Assembly (NCBI GenBank): GCA_031429095.1
Contig: JANOYY010000047.1
Span: forward strand, 4,571-68,570
Direction: 5' to 3'
Origin: Acidimicrobiia bacterium
GTDB lineage: Bacteria > Actinomycetota > Acidimicrobiia > Acidimicrobiales > JANYDT01
Length of the DNA stretch: 64,000 nucleotides
Numbering within the stretch: position 1 is the first letter of the stretch; each line of letters begins with the position of its first letter. A program made the position numbers and the translations under genes. Below, in pieces: positions 18,351-28,606 of the stretch. The notes beneath the pieces were generated by a model. That model searched no databases. It was not told where the DNA came from and saw nothing but the letters and a program-made list of their open reading frames with translations.

Positions 18351-19304
18351 ATGCGAATCGGAGTGGTTGGCGCGGGAGGAATGGGGTCCGCGTTCGCGGC
18401 GTTCCTTGCCGCGGCAGGAGAGGACGTGGTGTTGATCGGACGCTCGCCGGCCCACGCGGGGGCTGTGCGACAGCGCGGACTTCGCGTGGAGCGACCGGAC
18501 GGATCATTCTCGGTCGAGAGGCCGAAGGCGACATCCAATCCTTCGGAGCTGGAAGCTGGCTCGCTCGATGTTCTGGTCCTCCTCACCAAAACGTTCGATT
18601 CTGCTGGAGCCCTGAGTGCCACCGAGCACACGCTGGCCCAGTCCGGTTTCGCTGTTTCGTTACAGAACGGGCTCGGCAACGAGGCTCCCCTGACCGCTCG
18701 ATTCGGGCCGTCGCGTTCTTTGATTGGGGTCACAACGGTAGGCGCACACCTGCACAAACCGGGGCGGATCACGATCACGCAGACTACTGGTTCGGCGACC
18801 TCGAAAACACAGATCGGCCTTCCGCGGCTGGTGGATGCGAGTCTTTCGGACCCGCGCGAGTTCGCCAGGCGGTGTTCTCGGGCCGCCCTTCCGATGACGG
18901 TGTCGGACGACGTGGAGCAAGACATTTGGACAAAGCTCGCCCTCGCCGTCATGGGCCCGGCAAGCGCCGTGCTGCGGCGTTCGGTCGTACGCGTGTGGGA
19001 TCAAGCCGAAGGCCGAGCACTGATCCGCGCGATGTTCGACGAGGTGATCGCAGTGTCGGCGGCCGAAGGCATAGGACTCGACGCAGATGCCGCCTGGGCT
19101 CACAGCGTTCAGACCTATGCCGGTACGGGCGACCACACGACCTCGATGTGCACGGATGTGCTGTTGCATCGACGTACGGAGATCGACTCGATGGCGGGAG
19201 AGGTCGCGCGCCGAGGTGCGATTCTTGGGGTTCAAACACCAGTGCACAATACTATTTGTTCGCTTATTAAGACCATGGAGGCGACGTACGCATATGACAA
19301 GTGA
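18351..19304 (+). CDS. 2-dehydropantoate 2-reductase (ApbA/PanE) family oxidoreductase
   Basis: MRIGVVGAGGMGSAFAAFLAAAGEDVVLIGR Rossmann N-terminus, 317 aa, and ApbA-like C-terminal half. Confidence 0.75.
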   Translation: MRIGVVGAGGMGSAFAAFLAAAGEDVVLIGRSPAHAGAVRQRGLRVERPDGSFSVERPKATSNPSELEAGSLDVLVLLTKTFDSAGALSATEHTLAQSGFAVSLQNGLGNEAPLTARFGPSRSLIGVTTVGAHLHKPGRITITQTTGSATSKTQIGLPRLVDASLSDPREFARRCSRAALPMTVSDDVEQDIWTKLALAVMGPASAVLRRSVVRVWDQAEGRALIRAMFDEVIAVSAAEGIGLDADAAWAHSVQTYAGTGDHTTSMCTDVLLHRRTEIDSMAGEVARRGAILGVQTPVHNTICSLIKTMEATYAYDK

Positions 19305-20604
19305 ATCTCCCCCGCAACCGGGAAGCGATCAGGTTGATGCGTCGATTGTTCCTCCTGATCTCCGGGCGATCGTTTCTGATGTGATCGACAAGGCCACACA
19401 CGGCGAGCCGTGGATCGTGGTTACGGGTTGGAACGAGTCCCAGCAGGTGTTTCGTCACCGCGATCTTCGTCAGGGTTTGTACGACGAGGGCAAAGCGCTC
19501 ATGGAGCACGTCATCGTGAACCTGCACGGTCAGCCCCACACGGCCCGACGCCGCCTCGAGAACCGACTCTTTCGACGAGACACGTTTCAGCGTTGGGAAC
19601 GCGACACGATTCCGACGATCATCAATGATTTGCTCGGCCCCCATCTCAAACAGGGCGCTATGGACCTGGTGCCGTTTGCCCGGAAGGCCATGATGCGCCT
19701 CGCTGTTGACGTCGCAGGCGTAGACCTCGAAACTGGTTCCGACGAAGAGTTTGAGGCCCTTTATGCCCTGATGGGTAAGCTGGCGCAGGCCTCCAACGTC
19801 GCGTCGGCGTCAGCGCCACCGGCGGAAGTGATCGAGCGAGGCAATGTTGCTCTCGACGAATTCGACGCGCGGTTCTTTCGCCGCTCCCGAGAACGTCGTG
19901 AGGAACTCCTCCGCCGCTTTCGCGCCCAGGAGATTCTCGAAGACGACTTGCCTCGCGATGTGCTGACCACGCTCCTCGGAAACCAGGATCGGTTGGAACT
20001 CTCCCCCGAAGTGATTATTCGAGAGGTCGCGTATTACCCCTGGGTTGGGTCGCATTCCACCTCGAACGCGTTCGCGCACGCGATGCATCACGTGTTCGAC
20101 TCGATTGCTGCCGACAGCGCACTTCGTCAACGGCTCCTCGACGATCCCTTTTTGCTGCAACGCTTTGTACACGAATCACTTCGCCTGCATCCCGCCAGTC
20201 CAATCACGAAGCGCCGCGCTACAGTTGCAACAAGTCTGGCGAGTGGTCGCGAAGTCCCGGCCGATCACATCGTGATTGTGGATCTCGTGGCGGCGAACCG
20301 TGACCCGCGGGTGTTCGGCAGTGATGCCAACGAGTTCCGACCAGAGCGCGAACTTGCCAACGATACGACGCCGTGGGGTCTCACGTTTGGCACCGGATTC
20401 CATGCCTGCCTTGGGCAGGAGTTGGCCGGCGGTCTTGGACCGGACCCGGACTCGACCCCCGAGACGCACCTCTTCGGGGCAATCTGCGTGCTTGCTCGGA
20501 CGTTGCTTCTTCACGGGACACGGGTGGACCCCGCAACCCCTGCGCAGCGCGATCGGGCATCGATCCGACCGAACTGGGGCAGCTATCCGGTCGTGTTCGT
20601 GTAG
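19294..20604 (+). CDS. cytochrome P450 (paralogue group A, copy 1)
   Basis: Heme loop FGTGFHACLGQELA and ExxR ESLRLHP. Starts MTSESPP at ATG 19294, overlapping the end of the reductase gene by 11 nt. The upstream part of the 505-aa ORF is Arg-rich non-coding-looking sequence. Confidence 0.9.
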   Translation: MTSESPPQPGSDQVDASIVPPDLRAIVSDVIDKATHGEPWIVVTGWNESQQVFRHRDLRQGLYDEGKALMEHVIVNLHGQPHTARRRLENRLFRRDTFQRWERDTIPTIINDLLGPHLKQGAMDLVPFARKAMMRLAVDVAGVDLETGSDEEFEALYALMGKLAQASNVASASAPPAEVIERGNVALDEFDARFFRRSRERREELLRRFRAQEILEDDLPRDVLTTLLGNQDRLELSPEVIIREVAYYPWVGSHSTSNAFAHAMHHVFDSIAADSALRQRLLDDPFLLQRFVHESLRLHPASPITKRRATVATSLASGREVPADHIVIVDLVAANRDPRVFGSDANEFRPERELANDTTPWGLTFGTGFHACLGQELAGGLGPDPDSTPETHLFGAICVLARTLLLHGTRVDPATPAQRDRASIRPNWGSYPVVFV

Positions 20605-20721
20605 TCCTAAGCGCCTTCAGGCGCCCGCGGCACGTCGCCGTTACTGGGCGGATCGTGCTGGAGTCCGACCCCCGCAAGAGATTCTGAGCGAGTATTGCTG
20701 CTCGTCGCCCGTTCGAGCTCG

Positions 20722-20937
20722 TCAGATGCCGACCGCGTTTTCGTCGGAGTCGATGAGAATGATGGCCCGTCCCGGGCATTGACGAGCGAGACGGATCAGA
20801 CGCTCCTCGGTCAGTTCGGCGGCACCGGGCAGAACAGTGCCGAGCTCATCGTCGTCGTAGCCGAAGGCACTGGGCGCATCGGCAACGCACTTGCCTGCAC
20901 TGACGCACATATCCTTATCAATACGCACACGTAGCAT
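20722..20937 (-). CDS. small ferredoxin (3Fe-4S/4Fe-4S, P450-partner type)
   Basis: 71 aa with DKDMCVSAGKCVADAP ... QCPGRAI, the cysteine pattern of actinobacterial Fdx proteins. Confidence 0.8.
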   Translation of the reverse strand: MLRVRIDKDMCVSAGKCVADAPSAFGYDDDELGTVLPGAAELTEERLIRLARQCPGRAIILIDSDENAVGI

Positions 20938-21239
20938 TACGCGTCTCCCTCGGAGAACTGCACCGCGGCCCTTGACTCGAGAACCGGCACAACGAGTTCT
21001 TTGACGAAACGCTGATGCTCAGGATGGTCCCGGTACACCAGGTAATCGTCCACTGAATCAAACGTGCCAGTCACTGCAAAGTCGAAGTTTCCCGGGTTGA
21101 CAGCAGCGTCGGGGCCAAATGAGTAACTGCGGATCTGGCCTATTATCGAAGGGAGCTGCCCGAGGGCCAAGCTGATGGCCTCGATCTGCTCGCTCGTAGT
21201 GCCGTCTTTGAATCTGAACAAGACCGTGTGTCGAAACAT
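20937..21239 (-). CDS. Dabb (stress-responsive alpha-beta barrel) family protein
   Basis: 100 aa. MFRHTVLFRFKDGTT...DYLVYRDHPEHQRFV is typical of Dabb. Confidence 0.75.
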   Translation of the reverse strand: MFRHTVLFRFKDGTTSEQIEAISLALGQLPSIIGQIRSYSFGPDAAVNPGNFDFAVTGTFDSVDDYLVYRDHPEHQRFVKELVVPVLESRAAVQFSEGDA

Positions 21240-21290
21240 TTGGACCTTCTCCTGAGGGAACGTGGGGTGGCGGATAGGAGCGAGCGTTTG

Positions 21291-21998
21291 TCAGCTTCCC
21301 ATGTAAGAGCGTACGAGATTGCCTGACGTCTTGAGTTCCGCCGAAGTCCCCGAGAGCTCATTGCGGCCAAGTCGGAAGACATAGGCCCGATCGGCGACGT
21401 CGAGAGATCCAGCGTGTTGTTCGTTGAGGAGAAATGTGGTCCCGGTCTTTCGAAGTTCGCCAACCATGTTGAACAACTGGGTAACCAACACCGGAGCGAG
21501 TCCGAAGGACAGTTCATCGATCATCAGAAGCTTTGGTCGGGCCATCATTGCTCGGGCAACGGCGAGCATTTGCTGTTGACCGCCCGAAAGCGACCCGGCG
21601 GGCTGATCGATCTTTTCGCCGAGAATCGCGAAGAGGTCCAGCATGCGATCGCGGTCGCGGCGTATAGCTGCGCTCCCGTCGCGCCGCACGAGCGTTCCAA
21701 GGTCGAGGTTCTCCCGCACGCTCAACGAGGCGAAGATCCCACGCCCTTCAGGAAGGTGACCAAGGCCGAGTGCGCATCGCTTTTCGGGTGGTAGGCCACG
21801 GAGATCCTTTCCGTTGAAGAGCACGCGCCCGCTCCATGTCGGGAGCAATCCCGACACTGCTCGCAACATGGTCGTCTTTCCTGCTCCGTTGGCACCGAGA
21901 AGAGCGACGACTTCGCCCTCGGCGACTTCGAAGCTCACTCCGTGCAGCACTTGGATGCGGCCGTAGCCGCTGACGAGTTCTTCAACCTGCAGTAGCAA
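21291..21998 (-). CDS. branched-chain-amino-acid-type (HAAT) ABC transporter ATP-binding protein, LivF-like
   Basis: Walker A GANGAGKTT, signature LSGGQQQML, Walker B LLMIDELS. The likely start is TTG 21998 (LLQVEELVSGYG), just upstream of the LivG-like stop. The longest ORF start is 22067. Confidence 0.85.
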   Translation of the reverse strand: MLLQVEELVSGYGRIQVLHGVSFEVAEGEVVALLGANGAGKTTMLRAVSGLLPTWSGRVLFNGKDLRGLPPEKRCALGLGHLPEGRGIFASLSVRENLDLGTLVRRDGSAAIRRDRDRMLDLFAILGEKIDQPAGSLSGGQQQMLAVARAMMARPKLLMIDELSFGLAPVLVTQLFNMVGELRKTGTTFLLNEQHAGSLDVADRAYVFRLGRNELSGTSAELKTSGNLVRSYMGS

Positions 21999-22764
21999 CG
22001 CCGGCCCCCAGATATGCCTCGACAACCACGCGATCACGTACGACGTCGGCCGGTGCGCCATCGGCAATGATGCGACCGAAATGGAGCACTCCGATATGCG
22101 GGCAGAGCCGTTGGACCAGATGCATGTCGTGTTCGATCATCACGATGCAAAGGTCCCGTTCTCGTTGTACCTTTTGCAGCCCTTCCACCATTCGGTCCAC
22201 GTCGGCGACGCCAAGACCAGCGGCCGGTTCGTCGAGCAACAGCACCGACGGTTCGCTGGCGAGGGCCCGGGCGATCTCGACGAGTTTCTGGCTGCCCAGA
22301 GGTACCGAGTGTGCGGTTTGCTCCGCGCGATGGGCGAGACCGAATCGGGTCAGCAGCGCTCGTGCTTCCTCTCGGGCATTGTCTTCGGTGCGGCGCGCCG
22401 ACGACAGATTGAGCACTTCGGCGACGTGGGACGACCCGACACGGTTGTGGCGTCCGAGCATCACGTTTTCAAGAACGGTCATCTCCAGCACCAACCGAGG
22501 GGACTGAAACGTACGACCAACTCCCGCTCGAGACATGGCGGCCGGAGACGGCTGCTCGACTACTTTTCCGTTCATTGCGATAGTGCCGGTCTGTGCCGTC
22601 ACGTAACCGCAGATCACATTGAACGCGGTTGTTTTGCCAGCACCGTTGGGACCAACGAGGCCGTTGAACCCGGGACCAAACGACATGGTGAGATCTTCGA
22701 GCACGACGTTACCGCCAAAAGCTACGGCGATGTTGTTCAACGCAAGAGGCATGTCGGCGCTCAT
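21982..22764 (-). CDS. HAAT ABC transporter ATP-binding protein, LivG-like
   Basis: GPNGAGKTT, LGSQKLVEIARAL, LLLDEPAAG and a C-terminal LivG-type extension. Confidence 0.9.
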   Translation of the reverse strand: MSADMPLALNNIAVAFGGNVVLEDLTMSFGPGFNGLVGPNGAGKTTAFNVICGYVTAQTGTIAMNGKVVEQPSPAAMSRAGVGRTFQSPRLVLEMTVLENVMLGRHNRVGSSHVAEVLNLSSARRTEDNAREEARALLTRFGLAHRAEQTAHSVPLGSQKLVEIARALASEPSVLLLDEPAAGLGVADVDRMVEGLQKVQRERDLCIVMIEHDMHLVQRLCPHIGVLHFGRIIADGAPADVVRDRVVVEAYLGAGVATAG

Positions 22765-23843
22765 GTGTAGTCCTCCGCCGTCTTCTCCGCGGAACGTTTT
22801 CCGAAACCGCGCAGGCGCTCCGGAATAGAGGCAATGCCTCCGGGCAAGACGCCGATGCAGACAAGCAACGCGAGGCCGAAGGCGACGTTGCGATACGAGC
22901 CGGAGAGCGGGCTGTCTTTGAAGCTGGGGAACTTCACGAAGAACTGATCGACGAGCACGATGAATGCTGCTCCAATGAGCGCGCCGGCCCGAAGCACAAC
23001 ACTGCCGACGATGATCATCGTGAGGAGAGCGGTAAGGCGGGCGGTTCCGAACTCATTGGGTGCAATGAAGGTGAGGACCTGCGCGTAGAGGGCACCAGCC
23101 ATCGACGCAATCGCAGCAGAAATTCCGAACGAGGCGAGTCGGTATCGGACTACGTTCACGCCGAGGGAAGACGACGCAATGTCGACATCTCGGACCGATA
23201 GCAGTGTGCGTCCGAAACGTCCCCGCGTGAGTCGTCCAACGACGAAGAAAATAGGAACGGCCACCGCGAGACAGAGGTAATAGGCGGAGATCGTCTTGTC
23301 CCAACCGGCGATTTGAAAGACGTCGACGCGCAGCCCTTCGCCACCTGCGGTGTAGTCCTTGAGTTCGAAGAACAGACGTTGAATCATGCCGCCGAAGGCC
23401 AGCGTCGCAATGGCGAGAAAGAACCCCTTGAGTCGCGCAGCGGGAAGTCCGAGGAGGTATCCGATTGCGGCACAGACGATCGGGATCAATATCAGCGAGA
23501 GAAGGAATGGAACCTTCCCCGACCATACGAGCTTGCGAATCTCGACGCCCGCTTCGTCGTACCCGTCGATTTTATATGTGCGCTTTGCAAGTATGGTCGA
23601 CAGGTAGGCACCCAGACCGAGAAACGCGGAGTGGGCCATTGCCAACTGGCCGGACCAGCCAACGACCACCTGGAACCCGACGCACGCGATTGCATACACA
23701 AGGATGAGGGCCATGAGATAACGCCAATAGCCGTTGAGAAGATGCGGCAGGCCGATGGCGGCGCCGATCGCCATGGCCCCTGCGGCGAGGCGAACCATTG
23801 ACGGAAGCGTGTCCCAACGCAAGGACTTCCTGACGTCGGGCAT
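22761..23843 (-). CDS. HAAT ABC transporter permease, LivM-like
   Basis: 360 aa, polytopic, with a 4-nt overlap with the ATPase gene. Confidence 0.85.
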   Translation of the reverse strand: MPDVRKSLRWDTLPSMVRLAAGAMAIGAAIGLPHLLNGYWRYLMALILVYAIACVGFQVVVGWSGQLAMAHSAFLGLGAYLSTILAKRTYKIDGYDEAGVEIRKLVWSGKVPFLLSLILIPIVCAAIGYLLGLPAARLKGFFLAIATLAFGGMIQRLFFELKDYTAGGEGLRVDVFQIAGWDKTISAYYLCLAVAVPIFFVVGRLTRGRFGRTLLSVRDVDIASSSLGVNVVRYRLASFGISAAIASMAGALYAQVLTFIAPNEFGTARLTALLTMIIVGSVVLRAGALIGAAFIVLVDQFFVKFPSFKDSPLSGSYRNVAFGLALLVCIGVLPGGIASIPERLRGFGKRSAEKTAEDYT

Positions 23844-23845
23844 CG

Positions 23846-24841
23846 CTACACCTCTCGGGCTTTGAACTTGGCGCCGAGTCCTTGCGGTCGGGCGAGCAGC
23901 ACCACGAGCACAACGATCAGTGCAACGGCCTGCTTCATCCCGGTGGAGATGTATTGACCGGCAAGCCCTTCGAGCACACCGATCAAAAGACCGCCCAGGA
24001 ATGCGGCGGGCAACGACGCGAACCCACCGATAACCGCGGCGACGAAACCGGAGAAGATGATTGCCTCACCATTCAACGAGTCGAGCACCGTGGCTTGGGT
24101 CTGCAAAATCATCGCCGCCGATGCCATTACGGTTGCGACGCCCCACGCCAGCATCGAGACCTTGCTCGGTGATATTCCCAGCAGGCTCGCGTTCTCGCGG
24201 TTCTCTGCGATTGCGCGCATGCGCACTCCCCACGGCGATCGGAAGAACACGGCGAGAATGAGTGCGAGCGTGACGCCGGAGATCATCGTCAGAATCTGAG
24301 TTCGTGTGATGAACGTGGCGTTCACGATGATCGGCTTTCCGCGCCAGAGCTTTTCGAAGTCGTGGCTTTCGACGCCCCAGATCGGAGGAATACTGTTCAC
24401 CAGAATTGCCCCGATACCGATCGTCGAAAGCAACAGGGGAAAGTGGCTTCCACCGGCGAGGGTGCGAAATCCTCGACGTTCGGCATAGAACGTGAACGCG
24501 ACACCGGTCACGACCCCAACCAAGGCCGCCATGGCGTAGTTGAGCGGGGTAAAACCGACGATGATCGCGACCGCGGCGGCGATCGCCGCCGCGGCCGGAT
24601 ACACCACGAATCGAAGCGTGGCGGCTCCGAAGACGAAACCGAACGCCATTGCGATGATTGCAGCGAGCCAGAGGTTGAGGCCGCGATTGTGGAGGCCCCA
24701 CGCGATGTAGGCCGAGACGAGGCCCATATCGGCCATGGCGAAGTTAGGAACGTCGGTGGCCTTCATCACGACCACGACCGCCAACGCGATCATGCCGTAC
24801 CAACTTCCGGCCTCCAGACCGCTCACTATCTGCTGAAGCAT
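23846..24841 (-). CDS. HAAT ABC transporter permease, LivH-like
   Basis: 331 aa, polytopic, adjacent to the LivM-like gene. Confidence 0.85.
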   Translation of the reverse strand: MLQQIVSGLEAGSWYGMIALAVVVVMKATDVPNFAMADMGLVSAYIAWGLHNRGLNLWLAAIIAMAFGFVFGAATLRFVVYPAAAAIAAAVAIIVGFTPLNYAMAALVGVVTGVAFTFYAERRGFRTLAGGSHFPLLLSTIGIGAILVNSIPPIWGVESHDFEKLWRGKPIIVNATFITRTQILTMISGVTLALILAVFFRSPWGVRMRAIAENRENASLLGISPSKVSMLAWGVATVMASAAMILQTQATVLDSLNGEAIIFSGFVAAVIGGFASLPAAFLGGLLIGVLEGLAGQYISTGMKQAVALIVVLVVLLARPQGLGAKFKAREV

Positions 24842-24853
24842 TGAGAGTTGGAA

Positions 24854-26248
24854 CTACTTCGGGGACTTGAAGTCTCGAACCTGATCCCAGCGGCCGTTCT
24901 TGTACTGAGCGACACCGGCACCCTTGGCGCAGGCATGACCATCGGGGAGCGGACCGCAGATGACCGGCGGGAGGAAATCGAGATCTACGCGGGTGGTTTC
25001 CGCGATCCTCTGGAAATTCGCGTAGGACAGGTCCTTCGTGGCCGACGTCTTCGCCATCACCTCGAGGAAGATCTTCGTGAAACCGTACGTCTGCAGAGAA
25101 AAGTTGGATTCGGCGCCGGGGTATCCGGACTTCTTGGCCAGGACCCGCCACTTGATGACGCCTGGGGTGACTTCGGATCCCGGCAGATCCTGTTGCATCG
25201 TGGCGTAGAAGCCGTCGGCGGCGGCACCGGCTTGGCCCACGGTGTTTTGCGAACCCGGGCCGGCTGCACCGTTCTCGCCAACCACGATCATGGCGCTTCC
25301 GAGGTCGCGGAGTCTCTTGAGGATGAGCGCCGCCTGCGTGTTGTCGGTCGTGAGGTACACGCCGTCGGCTTTGGCAGCAACGATCTTGTTGACCGCCGTA
25401 TCAACTTCTCGCGATAGCGGCTGGAGGCGTTCGCTGGCCACGATTTCCATACCGTTGCACTTCGGTACCTGGATGGTCATACCAGCCTGACCCTCCGCGC
25501 CGAGGTTGTTGTCCTGACCGATGAGGGCAACTTTCTTGATGCCCTTTTCGCAGAGGAAGTCGACACCGATACGGGTCTGTTCGGCACGGCTTGCTCCCAG
25601 GATGAACACATTCGGGAGTTTCGGGTCCGGTGGGGTGACTGGTGCCCACATGATGGTTCCCTTGTCCTTGATGAAGTCCCAGGTGCCGGGAATCGCCTGC
25701 GAACCGGCGGGCGTCACGATGGCATACACCTTCTCCTCATCGACGAGGCGACGGACGTTGGCGACCAGCTTCGGGATGTCGAAGCCGTCGTCGAGCGCGA
25801 CGAGTTCAACCTTGCGTCCGCCGACTCCCCCCGCCGCATTCACCTCGTCAACGGCAATCTGTGCGCCAGCGCGCAGTCCCTGACCAGCCACAGCAGCCGA
25901 ACCGGTGTACGGACCGGTGAGGCCGATCTTGATCGTGGAGTCGGTGATGCCAGGCACGCTGGCAGTCTTTGCGGGCGCAGCGGTCGTCGCGGGAGCGGTC
26001 GTCGCGGGAGCGGCTGTTGTCGGTGCGATTGTGGTGGCGCGAACGGTGGCCCACCTGCCCGCCTTGCCGCGCTTGTTGCAAATCAATGTCGAGCCATTTG
26101 GGCCGGCAATCGTTTTTCCGACCTGCTTGGACTTACATGCGCCACCTGCCTTCGCAGCCGCGGCGCTCGCAGGAGTGTGTACGACGGCGGTGGTAGCGAC
26201 CGACAGGCAAATTGCTGCCCCGATCGCACCTTTTCGAAGTGCGTTCAT
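24854..26248 (-). CDS. ABC transporter substrate-binding protein (type I PBP, LivJ-like) with extra N-terminal Cys-containing module and Pro/Thr/Ala linker
   Basis: Starts MNALRKGAIGAAICLSVATTAVV (SD AAGGGGA upstream). The mature part begins with a roughly 45-aa module (GGACKSKQVGKTIAGPNGSTLICNKRGKAGRWATV). A TTAAPATTAPATTAAPAKT linker follows, then IKIGLTGPYTGSAA, the usual PBP start. Confidence 0.85.
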   Translation of the reverse strand: MNALRKGAIGAAICLSVATTAVVHTPASAAAAKAGGACKSKQVGKTIAGPNGSTLICNKRGKAGRWATVRATTIAPTTAAPATTAPATTAAPAKTASVPGITDSTIKIGLTGPYTGSAAVAGQGLRAGAQIAVDEVNAAGGVGGRKVELVALDDGFDIPKLVANVRRLVDEEKVYAIVTPAGSQAIPGTWDFIKDKGTIMWAPVTPPDPKLPNVFILGASRAEQTRIGVDFLCEKGIKKVALIGQDNNLGAEGQAGMTIQVPKCNGMEIVASERLQPLSREVDTAVNKIVAAKADGVYLTTDNTQAALILKRLRDLGSAMIVVGENGAAGPGSQNTVGQAGAAADGFYATMQQDLPGSEVTPGVIKWRVLAKKSGYPGAESNFSLQTYGFTKIFLEVMAKTSATKDLSYANFQRIAETTRVDLDFLPPVICGPLPDGHACAKGAGVAQYKNGRWDQVRDFKSPK

Positions 26249-26317
26249 GTGTCCCCTTAGAAATTCGGTCGATATTGACCGTGGCAGAAGATACCAAGGG
26301 ACCAGATGCATTCCTAT

Positions 26318-27307
26318 TCAGCGCAACCGAAGCAGCGTCCTTGCGTTGGCGTCGACGAAATCGCGAAGCGGTCCGAGATCAACGTGTCCACCGCCTGCGC
26401 TTGCTCCCGAATCCCACCCCGCAAAGTTCGTGCCGAACACGAGGTGTTCCGGTCCGACCTTTTCGGTCAGCAATCTGAGCGAACCCTCGTCGTGGACGTG
26501 GACGTCGAACCAAAGGCGTTTGAAGTACCGCTCGAACGCGCCGTCCTCGCGTAGCCACGGCTCACTCCAGGGGCGAGTGAGCGACGCTCGTTGAAACCGG
26601 CCGAACAGGAACGGTGCCGCGCCGCCACCATGGCTGAGGCAGACATCGAGGTTGGGATGACGGTGAAGGACTCCGCCAAAGACGAGGGTTGCCGCGGCAA
26701 GGGTTTCTTCGTAGGCGAACCCCAGCATCAGGTCAAGGTCGAAGCGACGAAGACGCTGATCGCCGGGAGGGCCGTCGATGCCCGCGGGCTGAGGGTGGAT
26801 GAACAGGGGGACGTTGAGCCCCTGGCAAGTCTCGTAGAATGCATCGAGTGCCGGGTCGTCGAGGCAGCGCCCGTTGAGGTCTGTGCCGATGTACGCACCG
26901 AGCAGGCCGAGCTCGGTCACGGCGCGTCGTAGTTCGACGATCGCTGCCCCAATGTCTTGCATGGGAAGAGTTGCGAACCCTTCGAGACGACCGCTATGTG
27001 CACGTACTACGTCGGCCATCACGTCATTGTGTTTGCGGCAGAACGAGATGGCACTCGGGGCGTCGATGAAATGAAAGTAGGTGAGGGGGTTCGGCGAAAT
27101 CACCTGAAGATCGATGCCGGCCGCATCCATCGATGCCAAACGCACCGAGGGCTCCATGAATGCCGATCCACGATACGCAACGTTGCACAGCTCGTAGCCG
27201 CCCACTCGAAAGCGGGGCTGACCATCAACTTCGTAGAGCTCCGGTCCGTGGACGCCTGCCGCGCCCATCACCATGTCGAACACTGCGTGGGCGTGAACGT
27301 CGATCAT
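26318..27307 (-). CDS. amidohydrolase-2 (ACMSD-like) family protein
   Basis: MIDVHAHAV... and ...LVFGTNFAGWD, 329 aa. Lies 12 nt downstream of P450 copy 2. Confidence 0.8.
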   Translation of the reverse strand: MIDVHAHAVFDMVMGAAGVHGPELYEVDGQPRFRVGGYELCNVAYRGSAFMEPSVRLASMDAAGIDLQVISPNPLTYFHFIDAPSAISFCRKHNDVMADVVRAHSGRLEGFATLPMQDIGAAIVELRRAVTELGLLGAYIGTDLNGRCLDDPALDAFYETCQGLNVPLFIHPQPAGIDGPPGDQRLRRFDLDLMLGFAYEETLAAATLVFGGVLHRHPNLDVCLSHGGGAAPFLFGRFQRASLTRPWSEPWLREDGAFERYFKRLWFDVHVHDEGSLRLLTEKVGPEHLVFGTNFAGWDSGASAGGGHVDLGPLRDFVDANARTLLRLR

Positions 27308-27319
27308 GCGTCGCGCCGT

Positions 27320-28534
27320 TCAGCCGGGTCGAGTGAACAGGACCGGGTAGCGACCCCAGTACGGGCGCCTGGACGTCTTCGACATCTCCGGCGGATCGTT
27401 CGGGTCCGGGCGTGCGCCGTGGTTCACGAGCGCCTGCACGACCCCCGATACCAGACCGAAAAGGTGCTCGTTTTCGATCGTGTCTTCGTGCGGAAGGACG
27501 CCGCCCGCGAGGTCCTGGCCGATGCACGCGTGCATTCCCGAGCCGAAGGAAAGGCCGTAGGGAAACACGCCGTCGGGCAGCGCTCGATACGGGTTGAAGT
27601 CGGCCGCATCGAGACCAAACACCGAGATATCGCGATTGACTGCCATCAGGTCAATGATGACTTTCGAACCTTTCGGTACGGTTGTCCCGTCGCGAAGTAC
27701 GACGTCTTCGAGCGCCCAGCGCATGCCAACCGGGCTTGATGGCTCCATGCGAATCGTTTCCCAAACGCAGCGCTGCACGAAGAAGCGATCGCACTCGACC
27801 TTGTCGACATCCTCCGGGTGCTTCGCGATCCAATCGAAAATGTGATGCGATGCTCGAACCATCGCGGTTGCGCTGGTGTGTGCTCCGGCGAGCAGATAGA
27901 ACGCGACTTCGCGGCGAAGCACGTGGTGGGGCAGCGAAAGGTTGTCTTGGTTTCGAAGCAGCACGGTGAGGACGTCGCGGGGGAGATCGCTCTCCGTGAT
28001 TTCGCCGGCCGCGAACTGCGCGAGGAGCGTCTTACGACGTTCGATGGATGGTGCGAGGAACTCGGTGTCCCAAGCTTCCAAGGCAGCCTGGACCTTGGCC
28101 TTCATTTCCTCTTTGTGGCCGGCGTAATGCGCAAGGGTCGCACCCTCGATGAAGGTCATGAGGTAGGTATACAGATGATCGGTCTCGGCGGGAGTCCCGA
28201 GGGGCCTGTCTACACCTGCGGTGAACGCGGCGAGGTTCATGTTCATCGCGTGTCCGAGGTGGACCAGCTCGGCGTGTCCGTCGGCCACGTAGGGCTTCAG
28301 TGTGTCCTCGATGATCGACGGGAACATGTCACGCTCATAGGTCTGGAACGTGTCTCTACGAAAGAGCCGGTTCTCAAGACGCCGGCGACTTCGATGCTCG
28401 TCGCCGTGAAGGTTGACGAGCACGTCGCCCATCACGACATCACCCTCGTCGTAAAGGGCTTGACGCAGGTCTTTGTGGCGATACGCGTCTTTCGCATCGT
28501 CGTAGGTTGCGATGGTGAAAATTTGCTCGGACAT
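27320..28534 (-). CDS. cytochrome P450 (paralogue group A, copy 2)
   Basis: FGSGMHACIGQDLA and ETIRMEP. Starts MSEQIFTIATYDD at ATG 28534 with a GGGGG SD 5 nt upstream. Confidence 0.9.
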   Translation of the reverse strand: MSEQIFTIATYDDAKDAYRHKDLRQALYDEGDVVMGDVLVNLHGDEHRSRRRLENRLFRRDTFQTYERDMFPSIIEDTLKPYVADGHAELVHLGHAMNMNLAAFTAGVDRPLGTPAETDHLYTYLMTFIEGATLAHYAGHKEEMKAKVQAALEAWDTEFLAPSIERRKTLLAQFAAGEITESDLPRDVLTVLLRNQDNLSLPHHVLRREVAFYLLAGAHTSATAMVRASHHIFDWIAKHPEDVDKVECDRFFVQRCVWETIRMEPSSPVGMRWALEDVVLRDGTTVPKGSKVIIDLMAVNRDISVFGLDAADFNPYRALPDGVFPYGLSFGSGMHACIGQDLAGGVLPHEDTIENEHLFGLVSGVVQALVNHGARPDPNDPPEMSKTSRRPYWGRYPVLFTRPG

Positions 28535-28606
28535 GTGAACCCCCGTCGTATTTCTAGTCCAACGAGTCAAAAGGTTGCGAGGCGATCAACAGGAGCGAGG
28601 CGCGTT

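Noticed and set aside
20611-20624. GCGCC-TTCA-GGCGC hairpin after the P450 stop, considered as a terminator
   Set aside because: It has only a 5-bp stem and no T-tract. That is too weak to call.
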